Source: Bdellovibrionota bacterium (GTDB taxonomy: Bacteria > Bdellovibrionota_G > JALEGL01 > DATDPG01). Taken from it: a stretch of DNA of 64,000 nucleotides. The translations under genes were made by a program, and so were the position numbers. Below the pieces are notes generated by a model. The model worked only from the letters and a program-made list of their open reading frames with translations. It made no database searches and was not told the origin of the DNA. The stretch lies in NCBI GenBank assembly GCA_963668355.1, contig OY764265.1, positions 2,858,493 through 2,922,492 of the forward strand, read 5' to 3'. Position 1 is the first letter of the stretch. Every line of letters starts with the position of its first letter. This document shows positions 30,665-41,900 of the stretch, piece by piece.

Positions 30665-31363
30665 CTAATTTCCCTTTCGAACGAGTTTCTTTCCAGTGCG
30701 CGCACACAACTCTTCATGAACTTTCTTCATGTCATCCCAAACATCCTTTTTAGCACTAGGATTTCTCAGAAGATACGCGGGATGATATGTCGGCATCAAT
30801 GTCATTCCATTGTACTCCGTAAACTCTCCTCTCAATTTGGAGATCGGGGTTTCCACCCGCAACAACGTCTGAACGGCAAATTTTCCCAAGGCGCAGATGA
30901 CTGTCGGGCGAATGGCCTCCAACTGTGCTTTGAGGAAAGGTTCACATGTCTCAATTTCATCCGGCTCGGGATTGCGATTTTGAGGAGGCCGACATTTCAC
31001 AACATTGCAGATGTAAACATCCGAACGAGTCAGTCCAATGGCTTCAATGATTCCCGTGAGAAGTTTGCCCGCACGTCCGACAAAGGGTTCACCTTTAAGG
31101 TCTTCATCCCGTCCCGGAGCTTCTCCCACAAAGACCAAATCGGCCTTGGGATTTCCCGCCCCAAAAACGAGTTTGTTTCTTCCTTGGTGCAATTTGCAAC
31201 GTGTACATTCACCAATTTCTTCTCGAACCTGTTTCAACGTCACTTTCGGCATGGCTTCGGCACTCTCTCTTTCTTCTCGCGAGGGTGAAATCAACAAACC
31301 ACGACGTTGCCAATCCTTCACCGCCACTTGCGTGGCTTCCAGCAATTCCTTGAACTCGTTCAC
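30665..31363 (-). CDS. Uracil-DNA glycosylase family 4 (Fe-S)
   Basis: [37 protein letters not shown]. Confidence 0.95.
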   Translation of the reverse strand: MNEFKELLEATQVAVKDWQRRGLLISPSREERESAEAMPKVTLKQVREEIGECTRCKLHQGRNKLVFGAGNPKADLVFVGEAPGRDEDLKGEPFVGRAGKLLTGIIEAIGLTRSDVYICNVVKCRPPQNRNPEPDEIETCEPFLKAQLEAIRPTVICALGKFAVQTLLRVETPISKLRGEFTEYNGMTLMPTYHPAYLLRNPSAKKDVWDDMKKVHEELCARTGKKLVRKGN

Positions 31364-31393
31364 GACATATCGATACCAGAAGGAGAGTCTGGG

Positions 31394-32296
31394 CTAAAGC
31401 TTTAGTTCAGACGTGGAAATCAACGAGAAAGGATCACGCGAAAAACGCTCCACCACACTTCGCACATGGTCTGTACTCGGGGGAGATTTTTGGCCCATTT
31501 TTTTCCGAAAGTTTCGCCGAATTTCATGCGAAGAACGGAGCCGGGTTTGTCCGATGGGATCCAGGCTCACATACTCCGAATCCCGATATTCATTCAAGAA
31601 ACTTAAAATGGCCGTTAGAGAGCGTTGAGTGTACTCGTGAACTTCGCCCTCTTCCAAGGGCCAAGGAGATTTTCGGCTGAGTCCTCCCCATATTTTTTGC
31701 CAAGAATGCAGAGATTGCAGGAGAAGAAGCTGATTAAAAATGCGCTTATTGGTGTTGAAGTCAAAAATTCGAACGGGAATTTTACTCTCGAAGTAGTCGT
31801 CACAATCGGAAAAGTCTCCACGGGCAATGGAGTGAAAGAGATTGAGCGTTTTTTGTGTGGTTAAACGCCGGTCAAACAATTGTTCCCAATAAACATGCTT
31901 GAACATGCCAGAGTCGTAAGAAAGAACCGTTCGGCTTGGAACGAAGCAATTATGGCTAATCGTATCGGCGGCCAAATGACTCACATACCCAAATGAAAAG
32001 GCTCGAATCCTGGGAGTTTCAGCTTCCTCAATAAGTCTCAACCCGTTGTGCCAGTGGTGACAATGCATCAACGAACGCCCCCATTTTTTGGCCAAAACCA
32101 CATCCGCACTGACACACCCGTACAAAAACGGTAGGGGATGATAGGCCAACAAGGCCCTCACACCGTCGGTAACTTGATTCAATTGATTCAGGATTGCGAC
32201 TCCAAAATGAAGATGAGTTGCTGGCCCCCAGGCCCAGGCATCCTCAGGGACACTCAAGAAAAGCAGCGCAATCCCAATTGCATGTATCCATTTCAT
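31394..32296 (-). CDS. Zinc-dependent phospholipase C / S1-P1-like family protein
   Basis: Signal peptide ending [22 protein letters not shown]; likely start at 32296. Confidence 0.85.
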   Translation of the reverse strand: MKWIHAIGIALLFLSVPEDAWAWGPATHLHFGVAILNQLNQVTDGVRALLAYHPLPFLYGCVSADVVLAKKWGRSLMHCHHWHNGLRLIEEAETPRIRAFSFGYVSHLAADTISHNCFVPSRTVLSYDSGMFKHVYWEQLFDRRLTTQKTLNLFHSIARGDFSDCDDYFESKIPVRIFDFNTNKRIFNQLLLLQSLHSWQKIWGGLSRKSPWPLEEGEVHEYTQRSLTAILSFLNEYRDSEYVSLDPIGQTRLRSSHEIRRNFRKKMGQKSPPSTDHVRSVVERFSRDPFSLISTSELKL

Positions 32297-32497
32297 AGCA
32301 CTGCCGATCACTCTATGGTACGACTTAGACCCAAGAGAATCAAAGGGGCATCTGTATTTTTCCTTCTGGCTCTTGAATATGAGTGTTTGGGAAACCATTT
32401 CAGTGGGTTATCGGCTTTCACCTCATGTCCGGGGCGGGCAACAAGCGGTTTTCTGTCCAACCAAGGTCGCGGGGGGAACCACACATAGAGTGAGGTT

Positions 32498-33784
32498 TTG
32501 ATGACGCGAGTTGCACTAGTGGATGGCATTCGAACTCCTTTTGCCAAAGCGGGGACGGCCCTCACCCCCATTCCGGCTCAAGAACTTGCCCGTATCGTCA
32601 TCCGAGAACTCATCGAACGAACGGAAATCAACCCTCAATATGTCAATGAATTGATTTTTGGCAATATTTCTCAACCCATGGAAGCCGCAAACATTGCCCG
32701 AGTCGCCGCGCTCACGGCCGGGCTTCCGGAAAGTCTCCCTGCCTATACGGTCTGTCGAAACTGTGCTTCGGGCCTTCAATCCATTACGGATGGATTCAAT
32801 CTGATTCGTTCGGGACAAGCCCATATGGTGATTGCTGGGGGAACGGAATCCATGAGCAACACCCCTATCGTTTTCCCCAAATCGATGGCTCACTTCTTAT
32901 CGGGCCTGGCTCAAGCGAAGACCCTACCCCAAAAATTGGCGGCTCTATCACGGGTTCGCCCCAAACATTTCAAACCAATCTTTTCCTTGGTCCATGGATT
33001 AACCGACCCTGTCAGTGGCCTCAACATGGGAGAAACGGCCGAAGTCCTGGCCAAAAAATACGCCATCACGCGAGAGGAGCAGGACCGCTTTGCCCTTCGA
33101 AGTCATCAATTGGCATCCAAGGCCATTGAGGAAGGTCGAATGGCCGAGGAAATTGTTCCGGTTTTCTTTCCAGGAAAAGAGACTCCCCTGCAAACCGATG
33201 TGGGCCCGAGAGAAAGCCAAACCTTGGAAGCCCTCGCCAAATTGCGACCCTATTTTGATCGAAAATATGGAACCGTCACGGTCGGTAACGCATGCCCCAT
33301 CACCGATGGAGCGGCTGCAGTACTATTGATGAGCGAAGCCAAGGTGAAAGTGGCTGGGATTGAGCCGTTGGCTTGGATCCGAAGTTACGGATATGGAGGC
33401 GTGGATCCCCGACGCATGGGGTTGGGACCCACGGTTGCAACGCCACTGGCTTTGCGCCGAGCCAACTTAAGCATGAAAGACATTGAACTCATGGAACTGA
33501 ACGAAGCCTTTGCCGCTCAAGTTCTTTCCTGCCTGCGCATTTTCGAAAACCCCAAGCTCGGTGAGGATGTCGGAGCCAATCAACCGGAGTTGGGGGGAAT
33601 GCACATGGACCGAATCAACGTCAATGGAGGGGCCATCGCTTTGGGTCATCCCGTAGGAACGTCGGGAACCCGAGTCACCCTGACCTTGGCCAAAGAAATG
33701 AAACGAAGAGATCTTACCTTGGGCCTCGCGACTTTGTGTGTCGGTGGAGGTCAGGGCGGCGCAATTGTTTTGGAGCGGAGATAA
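32498..33784 (+). CDS. fadI: Acetyl-CoA C-acyltransferase (thiolase, FadI-like)
   Basis: NCASG catalytic Cys, NEAFAAQ, GHPVG, CVGGGQG; precedes a fadJ-like gene. Confidence 0.88.
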   Translation: MMTRVALVDGIRTPFAKAGTALTPIPAQELARIVIRELIERTEINPQYVNELIFGNISQPMEAANIARVAALTAGLPESLPAYTVCRNCASGLQSITDGFNLIRSGQAHMVIAGGTESMSNTPIVFPKSMAHFLSGLAQAKTLPQKLAALSRVRPKHFKPIFSLVHGLTDPVSGLNMGETAEVLAKKYAITREEQDRFALRSHQLASKAIEEGRMAEEIVPVFFPGKETPLQTDVGPRESQTLEALAKLRPYFDRKYGTVTVGNACPITDGAAAVLLMSEAKVKVAGIEPLAWIRSYGYGGVDPRRMGLGPTVATPLALRRANLSMKDIELMELNEAFAAQVLSCLRIFENPKLGEDVGANQPELGGMHMDRINVNGGAIALGHPVGTSGTRVTLTLAKEMKRRDLTLGLATLCVGGGQGGAIVLERR

Positions 33785-33788
33785 ATTT

Positions 33789-35900
33789 ATGCTTCGTCAT
33801 CACACACTCACCATCGATACCGACAACGTCGCGACGCTTTCTCTAGATCTTGAGGGAAAAAAGGCCAATGTGCTTTGCACCGAACTGGTGGAAGAACTCT
33901 TAAGAACCATGAAAAAGCTTCGCTCCACTCAGGAGATTTCGGGGCTTTTGATCAAAAGTGCCAAACCCAACACATTCATCGCGGGAGCGGACGTCCACGA
34001 AATTTTTTCGATCTCAGATCCCACCTTGGCCCAAGAAAAGGCACGCCTGGGACAATCTCTCATGGACGCCCTGGCCGAACTCCCGTTTCCGACCATTGCC
34101 ATCATTGACGGTCCCTGCTTGGGTGGAGGACTGGAACTGGCCTTGGCCTGCACGCATCGAGTCGCAGGAAGTGGTGCACACGTGGAGTTGGCCTTACCGG
34201 AAGTTCAGCTTGGCATCATTCCGGGTTTTGGTGGAACCCAACGGCTACCCAAACTCATTGGTCTCATGAGTGCCTTGGATTTGATCTTAAGCGGGAGGCG
34301 TCTTTCTGGAAAAAAAGCCCTTCGCTTGGGATTGGTGGACCAGGTGGCTCCCACAGAAGCATTGGAAGCCGTTGCACGAACCTGGATCCGAGCCGAAAAA
34401 CGAAAGAAGTTAAAAAAACACCCCCTTCTCCATCAAGTCATGGAGCGATTGAAACCGGCTCGAAGTTGGATATACAAACGCGCCCGAGAAAAGACCATTG
34501 CTCAAACGCAAGGACACTACCCTGCCCCTTTGGCCGCGCTGGACGTCATTGAAGACACCTTTCGAACACCGCAAGTCTATGGGTACGAAATCGAGGCTCG
34601 AAAGGTCGGTGAACTGATTGCTTCCCCGACATGCAAGGCGCTTCTCCACCTCTTTTTAGCCTCGGAAGAGATTCGAAAACAGAAAGGTCAACTGGCCTGC
34701 CCCCCATTTACGAAGATTGGATTGGTCGGTGCGGGAATCATGGGTGGCGGAATCGCGCAATTGGTTACCTCCAAAGGGTATCAACTGAGGATGAACGATC
34801 TTGATTGGCCTCCTCTGGGAAAGGCTTTAAATGTCGCACGGGAGTTGAACCAAAAACTCGTGAAACGAAAAAAGATCACGCCGCTTGAAGCTGAACACCG
34901 TCGTTTTCGAATCTCCCCCACCACCACATTGACGGGATTTCGAAAAGCGGAGTTCACCATTGAAGCCGTCGTAGAAGACATGAACATCAAAAAAGCGGTG
35001 TTCGCCGAACTCGATCAAAAAGTAAAACCAGAGGCCATTTTGGCTTCGAACACATCGGCCCTTTCCATCACTGAGATTGCCACGGCAACCAACCATCCCG
35101 AACGCGTCATTGGGATGCATTTTTTCAATCCCGTACACCGAATGCCCCTGGTGGAAATCGTTCGAGGAAAAGCTTCCTCGGATTTCGCAGTGGCATCCGG
35201 CATCGAGTTTGCGCTTCGCTTGGGAAAGGTTCCCATTGTCGTAACGGACCGGCCCGGATTCTTGATCAACCGGATACTGGGAATTTACCTCAACGAGGCT
35301 TGCCGAATGGCCGAGGAAGGTATTCCCATTCCAGAGATTGAGCATTCCATGAAAGCGTTTGGAATGCCCATGGGACCGTTCCAACTCATGGACGAAGTGG
35401 GCATTGATATCGCCGAAAAAGTTGGGGACTACCTATGTGATGCGTATGAGCATTTTCCAAATGCTTCCAGCTTGTTAGGCTTCCTAAGAGAGAAACAACT
35501 TTTAGGAAAAAAGACGCAAGAAGGGTTCTATCTCCACCAAGGAAAAACGCCTCATCTCAACGAAAACCTCATCAAGGAAGCCGTGAAAGTCCTGAGCGAT
35601 GATCGCCCCTTTACCATGAATGAAGATCAATTCTCCGGATTGTCCGACCGGATGACTCTCCTTATGCTCAATGAAGCTGGGAGATGTCTGGAGGAAGGCG
35701 TGGTGGATAAGGAAAGTGATGTGGACATTGGAATGGTCTTTGGAACGGGTTTTGCTCCGTTCCGCGGAGGTCTCTTGAAGTATGGGGAAATGAGAGGTTG
35801 GTCGGATATTTTAAGCCAACTGGAAACCATCGCTACGCGACATGGAAAACATTTCGCTCCGTGCGCATATTTAAAAAACAAAGTTAAACCGGAAGTTTAG
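33789..35900 (+). CDS. fadJ: Fatty acid oxidation multifunctional enzyme (enoyl-CoA hydratase / 3-hydroxyacyl-CoA dehydrogenase, FadJ-like)
   Basis: FIAGAD, GGGLELALAC, GAGIMG, SNTS, GMHFFNP; start ATG at 33789. Confidence 0.88.
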   Translation: MLRHHTLTIDTDNVATLSLDLEGKKANVLCTELVEELLRTMKKLRSTQEISGLLIKSAKPNTFIAGADVHEIFSISDPTLAQEKARLGQSLMDALAELPFPTIAIIDGPCLGGGLELALACTHRVAGSGAHVELALPEVQLGIIPGFGGTQRLPKLIGLMSALDLILSGRRLSGKKALRLGLVDQVAPTEALEAVARTWIRAEKRKKLKKHPLLHQVMERLKPARSWIYKRAREKTIAQTQGHYPAPLAALDVIEDTFRTPQVYGYEIEARKVGELIASPTCKALLHLFLASEEIRKQKGQLACPPFTKIGLVGAGIMGGGIAQLVTSKGYQLRMNDLDWPPLGKALNVARELNQKLVKRKKITPLEAEHRRFRISPTTTLTGFRKAEFTIEAVVEDMNIKKAVFAELDQKVKPEAILASNTSALSITEIATATNHPERVIGMHFFNPVHRMPLVEIVRGKASSDFAVASGIEFALRLGKVPIVVTDRPGFLINRILGIYLNEACRMAEEGIPIPEIEHSMKAFGMPMGPFQLMDEVGIDIAEKVGDYLCDAYEHFPNASSLLGFLREKQLLGKKTQEGFYLHQGKTPHLNENLIKEAVKVLSDDRPFTMNEDQFSGLSDRMTLLMLNEAGRCLEEGVVDKESDVDIGMVFGTGFAPFRGGLLKYGEMRGWSDILSQLETIATRHGKHFAPCAYLKNKVKPEV

Positions 35901-35970
35901 ACGTCCAATGCAAGCCATCACATTAGGTCTTTTTTTCCTTGTATCCTTGTCGTTGGAGCCACCCAAAAAA

Positions 35971-36000
35971 TTGACACCCCCAACGCGTCGTGTTACCGAT
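35971..36000 (+). promoter_or_regulatory. Possible sigma-70 promoter for a leaderless transcript of the 36006 gene
   Basis: TTGACA, 17 bp spacer, TG-n-TACCGA(T) as an imperfect -10; ATG begins 7 nt later with no SD. Confidence 0.4.
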
Positions 36001-36005
36001 TTCTC

Positions 36006-36650
36006 ATGACAAAGCTTGTATGGGTTTGTGCACTTTCCTTCACCATGCTGTTGGTGAGCTGTGGAAATGATCCCAAATATTGGGGACGAGGACAGGCTGT
36101 TCGGATTCAGCCGGCACGTGCCCAATTCGTTTTGGGTCCCATCCAAACCGCTGCATCTCTTCGAGAGTGGAATCAGTTCCAAAACGCGTTAACCACACAT
36201 GTCTGGCATGGTTTTGATTGGAGAGCCAATCACCCCACCCTCGTCGCGGGATCAAATCTTCAGATCTATCCCTACAACGACCGCTTCCGTTTCAATCTTT
36301 ATTCTTCGGAGGGCTATTTATTCGTCGGAGAAATTCATCGAAGAAATCCCCGGATGGCCTTTCGCCCCGTTTTTCGGGGAATGATCTTGAGTGTATTCCA
36401 ACCGGTTCGAACTCCTCGCTGTCGTGGATACCTCCCGAGCTGGAGAATGCCTCTTCCCAACCCCTGCTTCATTGCCATGTCACCTCCTCGAGGAAACCCC
36501 ATCATTTATGGATCCTTGGGCCAAGAAGAAGATCTGGGAAAAGTTCTCACGCTTGAAATTCAAAACCCTCCCTTGGAAATGTGGGGACAGGCTCCCGAGA
36601 AACTGGAATTTCTGCAAACGCCCGTAGCCAAGGACGTTGAGAACTTTTAG
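36006..36650 (+). CDS. Hypothetical lipoprotein
   Basis: Lipobox LVSC; 214 aa; no recognisable family. Confidence 0.7.
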   Translation: MTKLVWVCALSFTMLLVSCGNDPKYWGRGQAVRIQPARAQFVLGPIQTAASLREWNQFQNALTTHVWHGFDWRANHPTLVAGSNLQIYPYNDRFRFNLYSSEGYLFVGEIHRRNPRMAFRPVFRGMILSVFQPVRTPRCRGYLPSWRMPLPNPCFIAMSPPRGNPIIYGSLGQEEDLGKVLTLEIQNPPLEMWGQAPEKLEFLQTPVAKDVENF

Positions 36651-36792
36651 TTGGCTGAATTTTCTGATTGAATTCAGATACTTACAAGCTAAAACAAAAA
36701 CTTCGCTTAAAGCTTGCATGCACGCTCGTTTCGGATATCTAGGTTATGTAGGGTTGTTTTGAAAAGCTAAAATTGTGTTGAACTGAGGCGAT

Positions 36793-37038
36793 ATGAGCAG
36801 CGATCAAATTCGAGAACTTCTGACGACCATCGCAAAGAATCTGGTGGATCAACCGGATCAGATTTCCATTAACGAGCTTCACTCGGATCAAGCGTTCATC
36901 TTTGAACTATCTGTTGCAAAAAGTGATGTCGGAAAAGTCATTGGGCGTGGTGGAAAAACCGCCATGGCCATTCGTTCCATCTTGGAAGCTGCAAGTGGAA
37001 AGTATAAGCGCCGCGTGATTTTAGAAATCCTCGAATAG
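36793..37038 (+). CDS. khpA: KH-domain RNA-binding protein (KhpA/YlqC family)
   Basis: LVDQPD..DVGKVIGRGGKTA.AIR, 81 aa. Confidence 0.9.
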   Translation: MSSDQIRELLTTIAKNLVDQPDQISINELHSDQAFIFELSVAKSDVGKVIGRGGKTAMAIRSILEAASGKYKRRVILEILE

Positions 37039-37040
37039 GT

Positions 37041-38975
37041 TTACTGTTTTCGGCAATCGTTTGGATTTTTCCTTCTTTTTGAGTCATACAGACATTTGTA
37101 TCGTCCCCCGGGAGCTACCCTTAACGTAAACTCGTAGGCATCTCGATTCCCCGAAAGAAACTCGTACCGAATTCTGCGCCGACCTGGCTGGATGGGGTGA
37201 CTGTACACGGGGGTATTGTCGATTTTTTTGCCATCCACCCAGAGTACGGAATAGGGTTTTGTACCCACCGTCAACCTCCCCGGCTTCTTGGCAGAACCCA
37301 GCTTGGCTGGCGGACCGACCACCGGTATTTTTTTGCGAGTTGCTCGTTTTCTCTCCAAAACCAACCGCAAATTGATCTGTTTCGGAAATTTTGTGGACAC
37401 GCTGCGTCTTTCCGTTTCATATCCGTTTTTGAACAACTCAATCGAATAGGTTTTCCCCACTTGTAAGGAGGAAATCAAGAGTGGCGTTTGTTGTTCCAGA
37501 AGATCCTCTCCCACTTTGACTCGAGCTCCAGGCGGGTCCGTTTCCACATTAACCGTGAACATTTTCGGGGAAGGTTTTTGAGTGGGAACCGGGGTTGGTT
37601 TTTCCAGAGGCGCTTTCTCAGGACGCGAGGCCTCCGTCAAGGGAGGAGAAATTACGTTAGGATCCTCGGCCTCATTTCTGAAAATGACCAAGACCAGGGT
37701 TAATACCAGCAACATGGTTCCCAAGACGGCATATAAGAACGGAGGAATCTGACGAAGAATTCTTCCCACTTCCGCTTGAATCCCATAACGAAGATTGCGC
37801 CATTTCATGACGACATTCGAAAAAATCGAGGATTTCGTTAAAACCGTCCGTGGAGACGTATCTTGAGAAGAAACATTCGTTTCCCCTCCAATCACCTCCC
37901 CAGAAAGCACCTTCTCCGGCGAACTCAACTCGTATTGCGGGTTCGCCGCAAAAACCTGGGATCGGGTGGTTTCACCATAAGAGGGGGCCCCCGGCTCGAA
38001 ACCCGTCACTTCGGTTTCCTCCCTCTTCTCTTCCATTTCCCGTTTGTAATATCTGCGCAAAAAACCGATGAGATCCGTATGAGTGACCCTTATTTTTCGT
38101 CCAGCCGGAGACCATCGAATCAAAAATTCGTTGAGGGCATCCACAAACTCTTCTGCCCTTTGAAAGCGCTTTTCCAAATCGGCATCAAGAGCCTTGTTCA
38201 AAATCGCCTCAAGCTCTCGAGGCACCGTGGGTCGGATTTTTCGAACCGAAGGAATATTGGCCTCCCGGATCATCCGCAAGGCCTCCGGCACCGAATCGGC
38301 TTTAAACAGGCGCTCCCCCGTAACCAATTCCCAAAAAATAATCCCTAAGGAAAAAAGATCACTTCGGCAATCCAGCTGAAGGTTTGCACGAGTTTGTTCC
38401 GGCGACATATAGCCCGTTTTTCCCCGAATGATTCCGATTTCCGTTTTATGGGATTGGTTGGATGCCTTGGAAATTCCGAAATCGACAATCTTCACTTCCC
38501 CGTCAAATGAAACCAAGATGTTTGCAGGGCTAATGTCTCGATGTACGATATTTAAGGGCTTCCCCGATTCATCGAGTTTCCGATGGGCGTAAGCCAATCC
38601 GGTACCAATTTCCCGAACGATGTGAACAACGAGATCCAACGTAAATTGATCGTTGTCTTTCCTCACTCGCTTAAAAAGATTTTTGAGGGTTGTCCCCTCC
38701 ACAAAATCCATGGCAATGAAGTAGGAATCATCGATTTTTCCAAATTCCACGATGGGCACGATTGAGGGATGATTCAAATGAACCATGAGTTTCGCCTCGT
38801 CAATCAACAGCGAAATAAACTCCTCATCATTCGAATACTGCGGAAGAATTCGTTTAATGGCCAATGTATAATGATGACCATCAACCCCCAAAGCCAAAGC
38901 TTTAAAGATCTCCGCCATTCCACCCGTCGCAATTTTTTCGACGAGAATATATTTTCCAAAACGTGTGTGTTCCAT
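37041..38975 (-). CDS. Hanks-type Ser/Thr protein kinase with TM helix and periplasmic PEGA-like domains
   Basis: GGMAEIF, AIKR, HRDISPAN, DFG, YMSPE; TM near aa 412-432; ETDPPGARV..TPL PEGA pattern. Confidence 0.93.
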   Translation of the reverse strand: MEHTRFGKYILVEKIATGGMAEIFKALALGVDGHHYTLAIKRILPQYSNDEEFISLLIDEAKLMVHLNHPSIVPIVEFGKIDDSYFIAMDFVEGTTLKNLFKRVRKDNDQFTLDLVVHIVREIGTGLAYAHRKLDESGKPLNIVHRDISPANILVSFDGEVKIVDFGISKASNQSHKTEIGIIRGKTGYMSPEQTRANLQLDCRSDLFSLGIIFWELVTGERLFKADSVPEALRMIREANIPSVRKIRPTVPRELEAILNKALDADLEKRFQRAEEFVDALNEFLIRWSPAGRKIRVTHTDLIGFLRRYYKREMEEKREETEVTGFEPGAPSYGETTRSQVFAANPQYELSSPEKVLSGEVIGGETNVSSQDTSPRTVLTKSSIFSNVVMKWRNLRYGIQAEVGRILRQIPPFLYAVLGTMLLVLTLVLVIFRNEAEDPNVISPPLTEASRPEKAPLEKPTPVPTQKPSPKMFTVNVETDPPGARVKVGEDLLEQQTPLLISSLQVGKTYSIELFKNGYETERRSVSTKFPKQINLRLVLERKRATRKKIPVVGPPAKLGSAKKPGRLTVGTKPYSVLWVDGKKIDNTPVYSHPIQPGRRRIRYEFLSGNRDAYEFTLRVAPGGRYKCLYDSKRRKNPNDCRKQ

Positions 38976-41900
38976 TTAATCTGAGTCTTTCAACCCCCGC
39001 CATTCTCTCATGGCGTACCGATTCTGCCTTACGGAGTTGAGAAAACTTTCCCGATATGCCTCTTCCTTGATCTGCGACGCCCTGCTTTCAATGAGGTGCA
39101 CCATCGTTCGGAGGATTTCTTTCGCCTCCTCTGCACGACCAAGTTCTTTCAAGATATGATAATGATTGATGTAAGCATCTTCCTCGGACCCCTCTACTCC
39201 TTGGGGGTTTTCTTTGACCAAAGAGAGAGCTTCCTCACTATGTGCCAAAGCTTTCTCGGATTCTCCTTGAATGAAGAAGGACCTCGCCAAACTGGAAAGA
39301 GCTTTCACTCGAGCTGAAACCAATTTTTGTTCACGACCAATCGCCAAAGCCTCCGAAGCGAACTCTATGGCCTTTTTCAGGCAACCGGAATCTGACTCCC
39401 CTCTTTTCCGATAAATGACAGAAAGGTTATTGAGGTTTTCGCTCAAAAGATAATTACTCCCCACCTCCCGCGCAATTTTTTCACCCGAGGAAAAATGTTC
39501 CAACGCTCTCTCGTATTCGCCCAAATGAAGATAGGCGACGCCGATATTGACCAAATCATAGCCCTCTCCAGCGCGGTCCCGAATATCTTGGCGAAGATCA
39601 ATGGCTTGTTCATAACATTTCAGGGCTTCTTCATACTGACCGAGTTTATGGTGAATCACCCCAATGTTCCCAATCGTAGCCGCTTGATTTTTTCGAAATC
39701 CAATTTCACGGAAAATGTTATGGCTCTTTCGCAATAAAGCCAGTGCCTCACTGTAATTTCCCAAAGTCCAGTGAACCAGGCCCTGATTACCCAAAGACAC
39801 CCCTTCACTTCGCCGATTTCCAATCTTCGTCACAATTTCATGAGATTGTTGATAATAAGACAACGCCTCATGAGGCTTTCCCATGTTGAAGTAAACAAGG
39901 CCAATGACATTGAGAAAATCCCCACGAGCACTATCTTCTCCCAAGACCTCTGAAATCCTTAACCCTTCCGCATAATGATTCAGAGCACACGGATAATCCC
40001 CCACGCTATAGCAGGCAATGCCCAAGGTTCGAGTCAAATCCATGCGTAAGCTGGATTCTTGTCCCTTTTCTCCCATTTCTTCCAAACCGCGTTCGGCATG
40101 TTCTTTCGCTTCTTTAAATTTTCCAAGAGCTACCAAATACATGGCCCAAAAAGATGAGATTCGCGCTTTTAATTTCTTTTCAGGATTTAGCTTAGCAATA
40201 TCCTCAAGCTCTTGAATGCATCGCAATTGATCCTTGCGTTGCCCCAAAAAATCATAAACTTTCACTTCAAACTCACGCAAACGAACATCTCGCTTAAAAT
40301 TTTCTGGAGACTCCAAGGTACTGGCCAAGACCTTTCTTAAATCCAGGATCAGTTGAAGCGCCTCACGAGGGGCACATTGTCGAACCAATTGATCCACCCC
40401 CGTCATCCCATAATGGATGGCTTTCTCTTCCATTCCAGCATTTGAGAAGTGCTGATAGAGCAACATGGCGTGAATATCCAAAGGATCTCCATAAACCTTT
40501 TCGAATGCCTTTCCGACAAGCTCGTGAAGGATTTTCTTGTTGTGATTTAGGAGCGTGGAATAGACCACCTCTTGGGTCAATGCATGCCGAAAGGCTACCT
40601 CTTTCCCCAAGGCCCCCTCTTCTTTTCTCCGGAAAATGAATCCCAACTCTTCCAAAGTACTTAAATATTCTTCAATGGAAGCGTCTTGAAGCCCCATGTG
40701 AGACGCGACGTTGAAAAGAACTTTCAAAGGAACCGATTCACCGACAACAGCCATGGTCATCAAGACTTCCTTTGTGTCGGGGGAAAGTCGATCAATTCTT
40801 CCCAACAGAATCAAGTTCACCGTTTCCGGCAAAGTGGCCTCCTCGATGAGACGAGTTATTTCCCAGCTGTCATCTTCCCGACGCTTTAGAATCCCCTCAT
40901 CCACCAAGGACTGAATCAATTCTTCCATAAAAAAGGGATTTCCACCGCTCCGACGAACCAAAAGCAATTGTTCTTTGGCGGTCAGGGATGTCGGACCCAA
41001 CACATTTCGCAGAATCCCTTTGCAATCTTTATCTGAAAGAGGAGTCAACCGAACTTCTTGCAGATTAAAAACGGTTTGAAAACCTGCACTCGGCTGAAAA
41101 CTGGGCCTGTATGTAAACAAGAAAAAGATGGGAAAGTCCTTGGGAAAGTTCTCGGCCAAAAACTCCAGAGCCTCTTGAGACGCAGAGTCCATCAACTGAA
41201 GATCTTCCAAAACGATCATCAAAAGTTTTTCGTTTTTCTTCTTCGCAAAGGTGGCCAAACGTTCAAAGGCATAACGAATGGCCAGTTGGATTTCGAGCTT
41301 CAGGGCTTTGGGCTCCAACGTTTTCATTCGCTCATCCGCTTCCGCATTTCCCGCCACATATTGAATGACCGGTTTTAAACGCGTGACATTCTCTTTCACC
41401 TCATCGGAAACATCGAACAAGAATTGGCCAAACTCCTCGTTCGCCAACATCTTCCGAAAAACATCTTGAAAAAGGACCAGGGGCTGAGCTTGAAGGGCCG
41501 CAATATTGGACTTCAAAACAATTCCCATCCCGCCTTTTTTGTTTTGTTGATAGGGTCGAATGAACTCATGAATCAGCCGAGACTTCCCAACTCCGGCCGG
41601 AGCCGAGAAAGCCACGCCAACCAAACCTTCGCCCTGTCTGCTCAGCTGTGTGGCTGTTTTCTTTAAAAGATCCTCCTCGGTTTTTCGACGCACATATCCA
41701 CTTCTCTTAGTAAATGGAGAGCGTTCCCATCTCTCAGCACGATTGGGATTTAAGCCCTTCACGCAAAACACGGATATGGGCTGACTCTTCCCTTTCACCG
41801 TAATATTCCCCAGGTTTTCGTATAAAAACCCGTCTCCAGCGGCCTTTTTGACCGAGTCACTGATCATGATTTGGTTGGTCGGAGCTGCGGTCTCCAAGCG

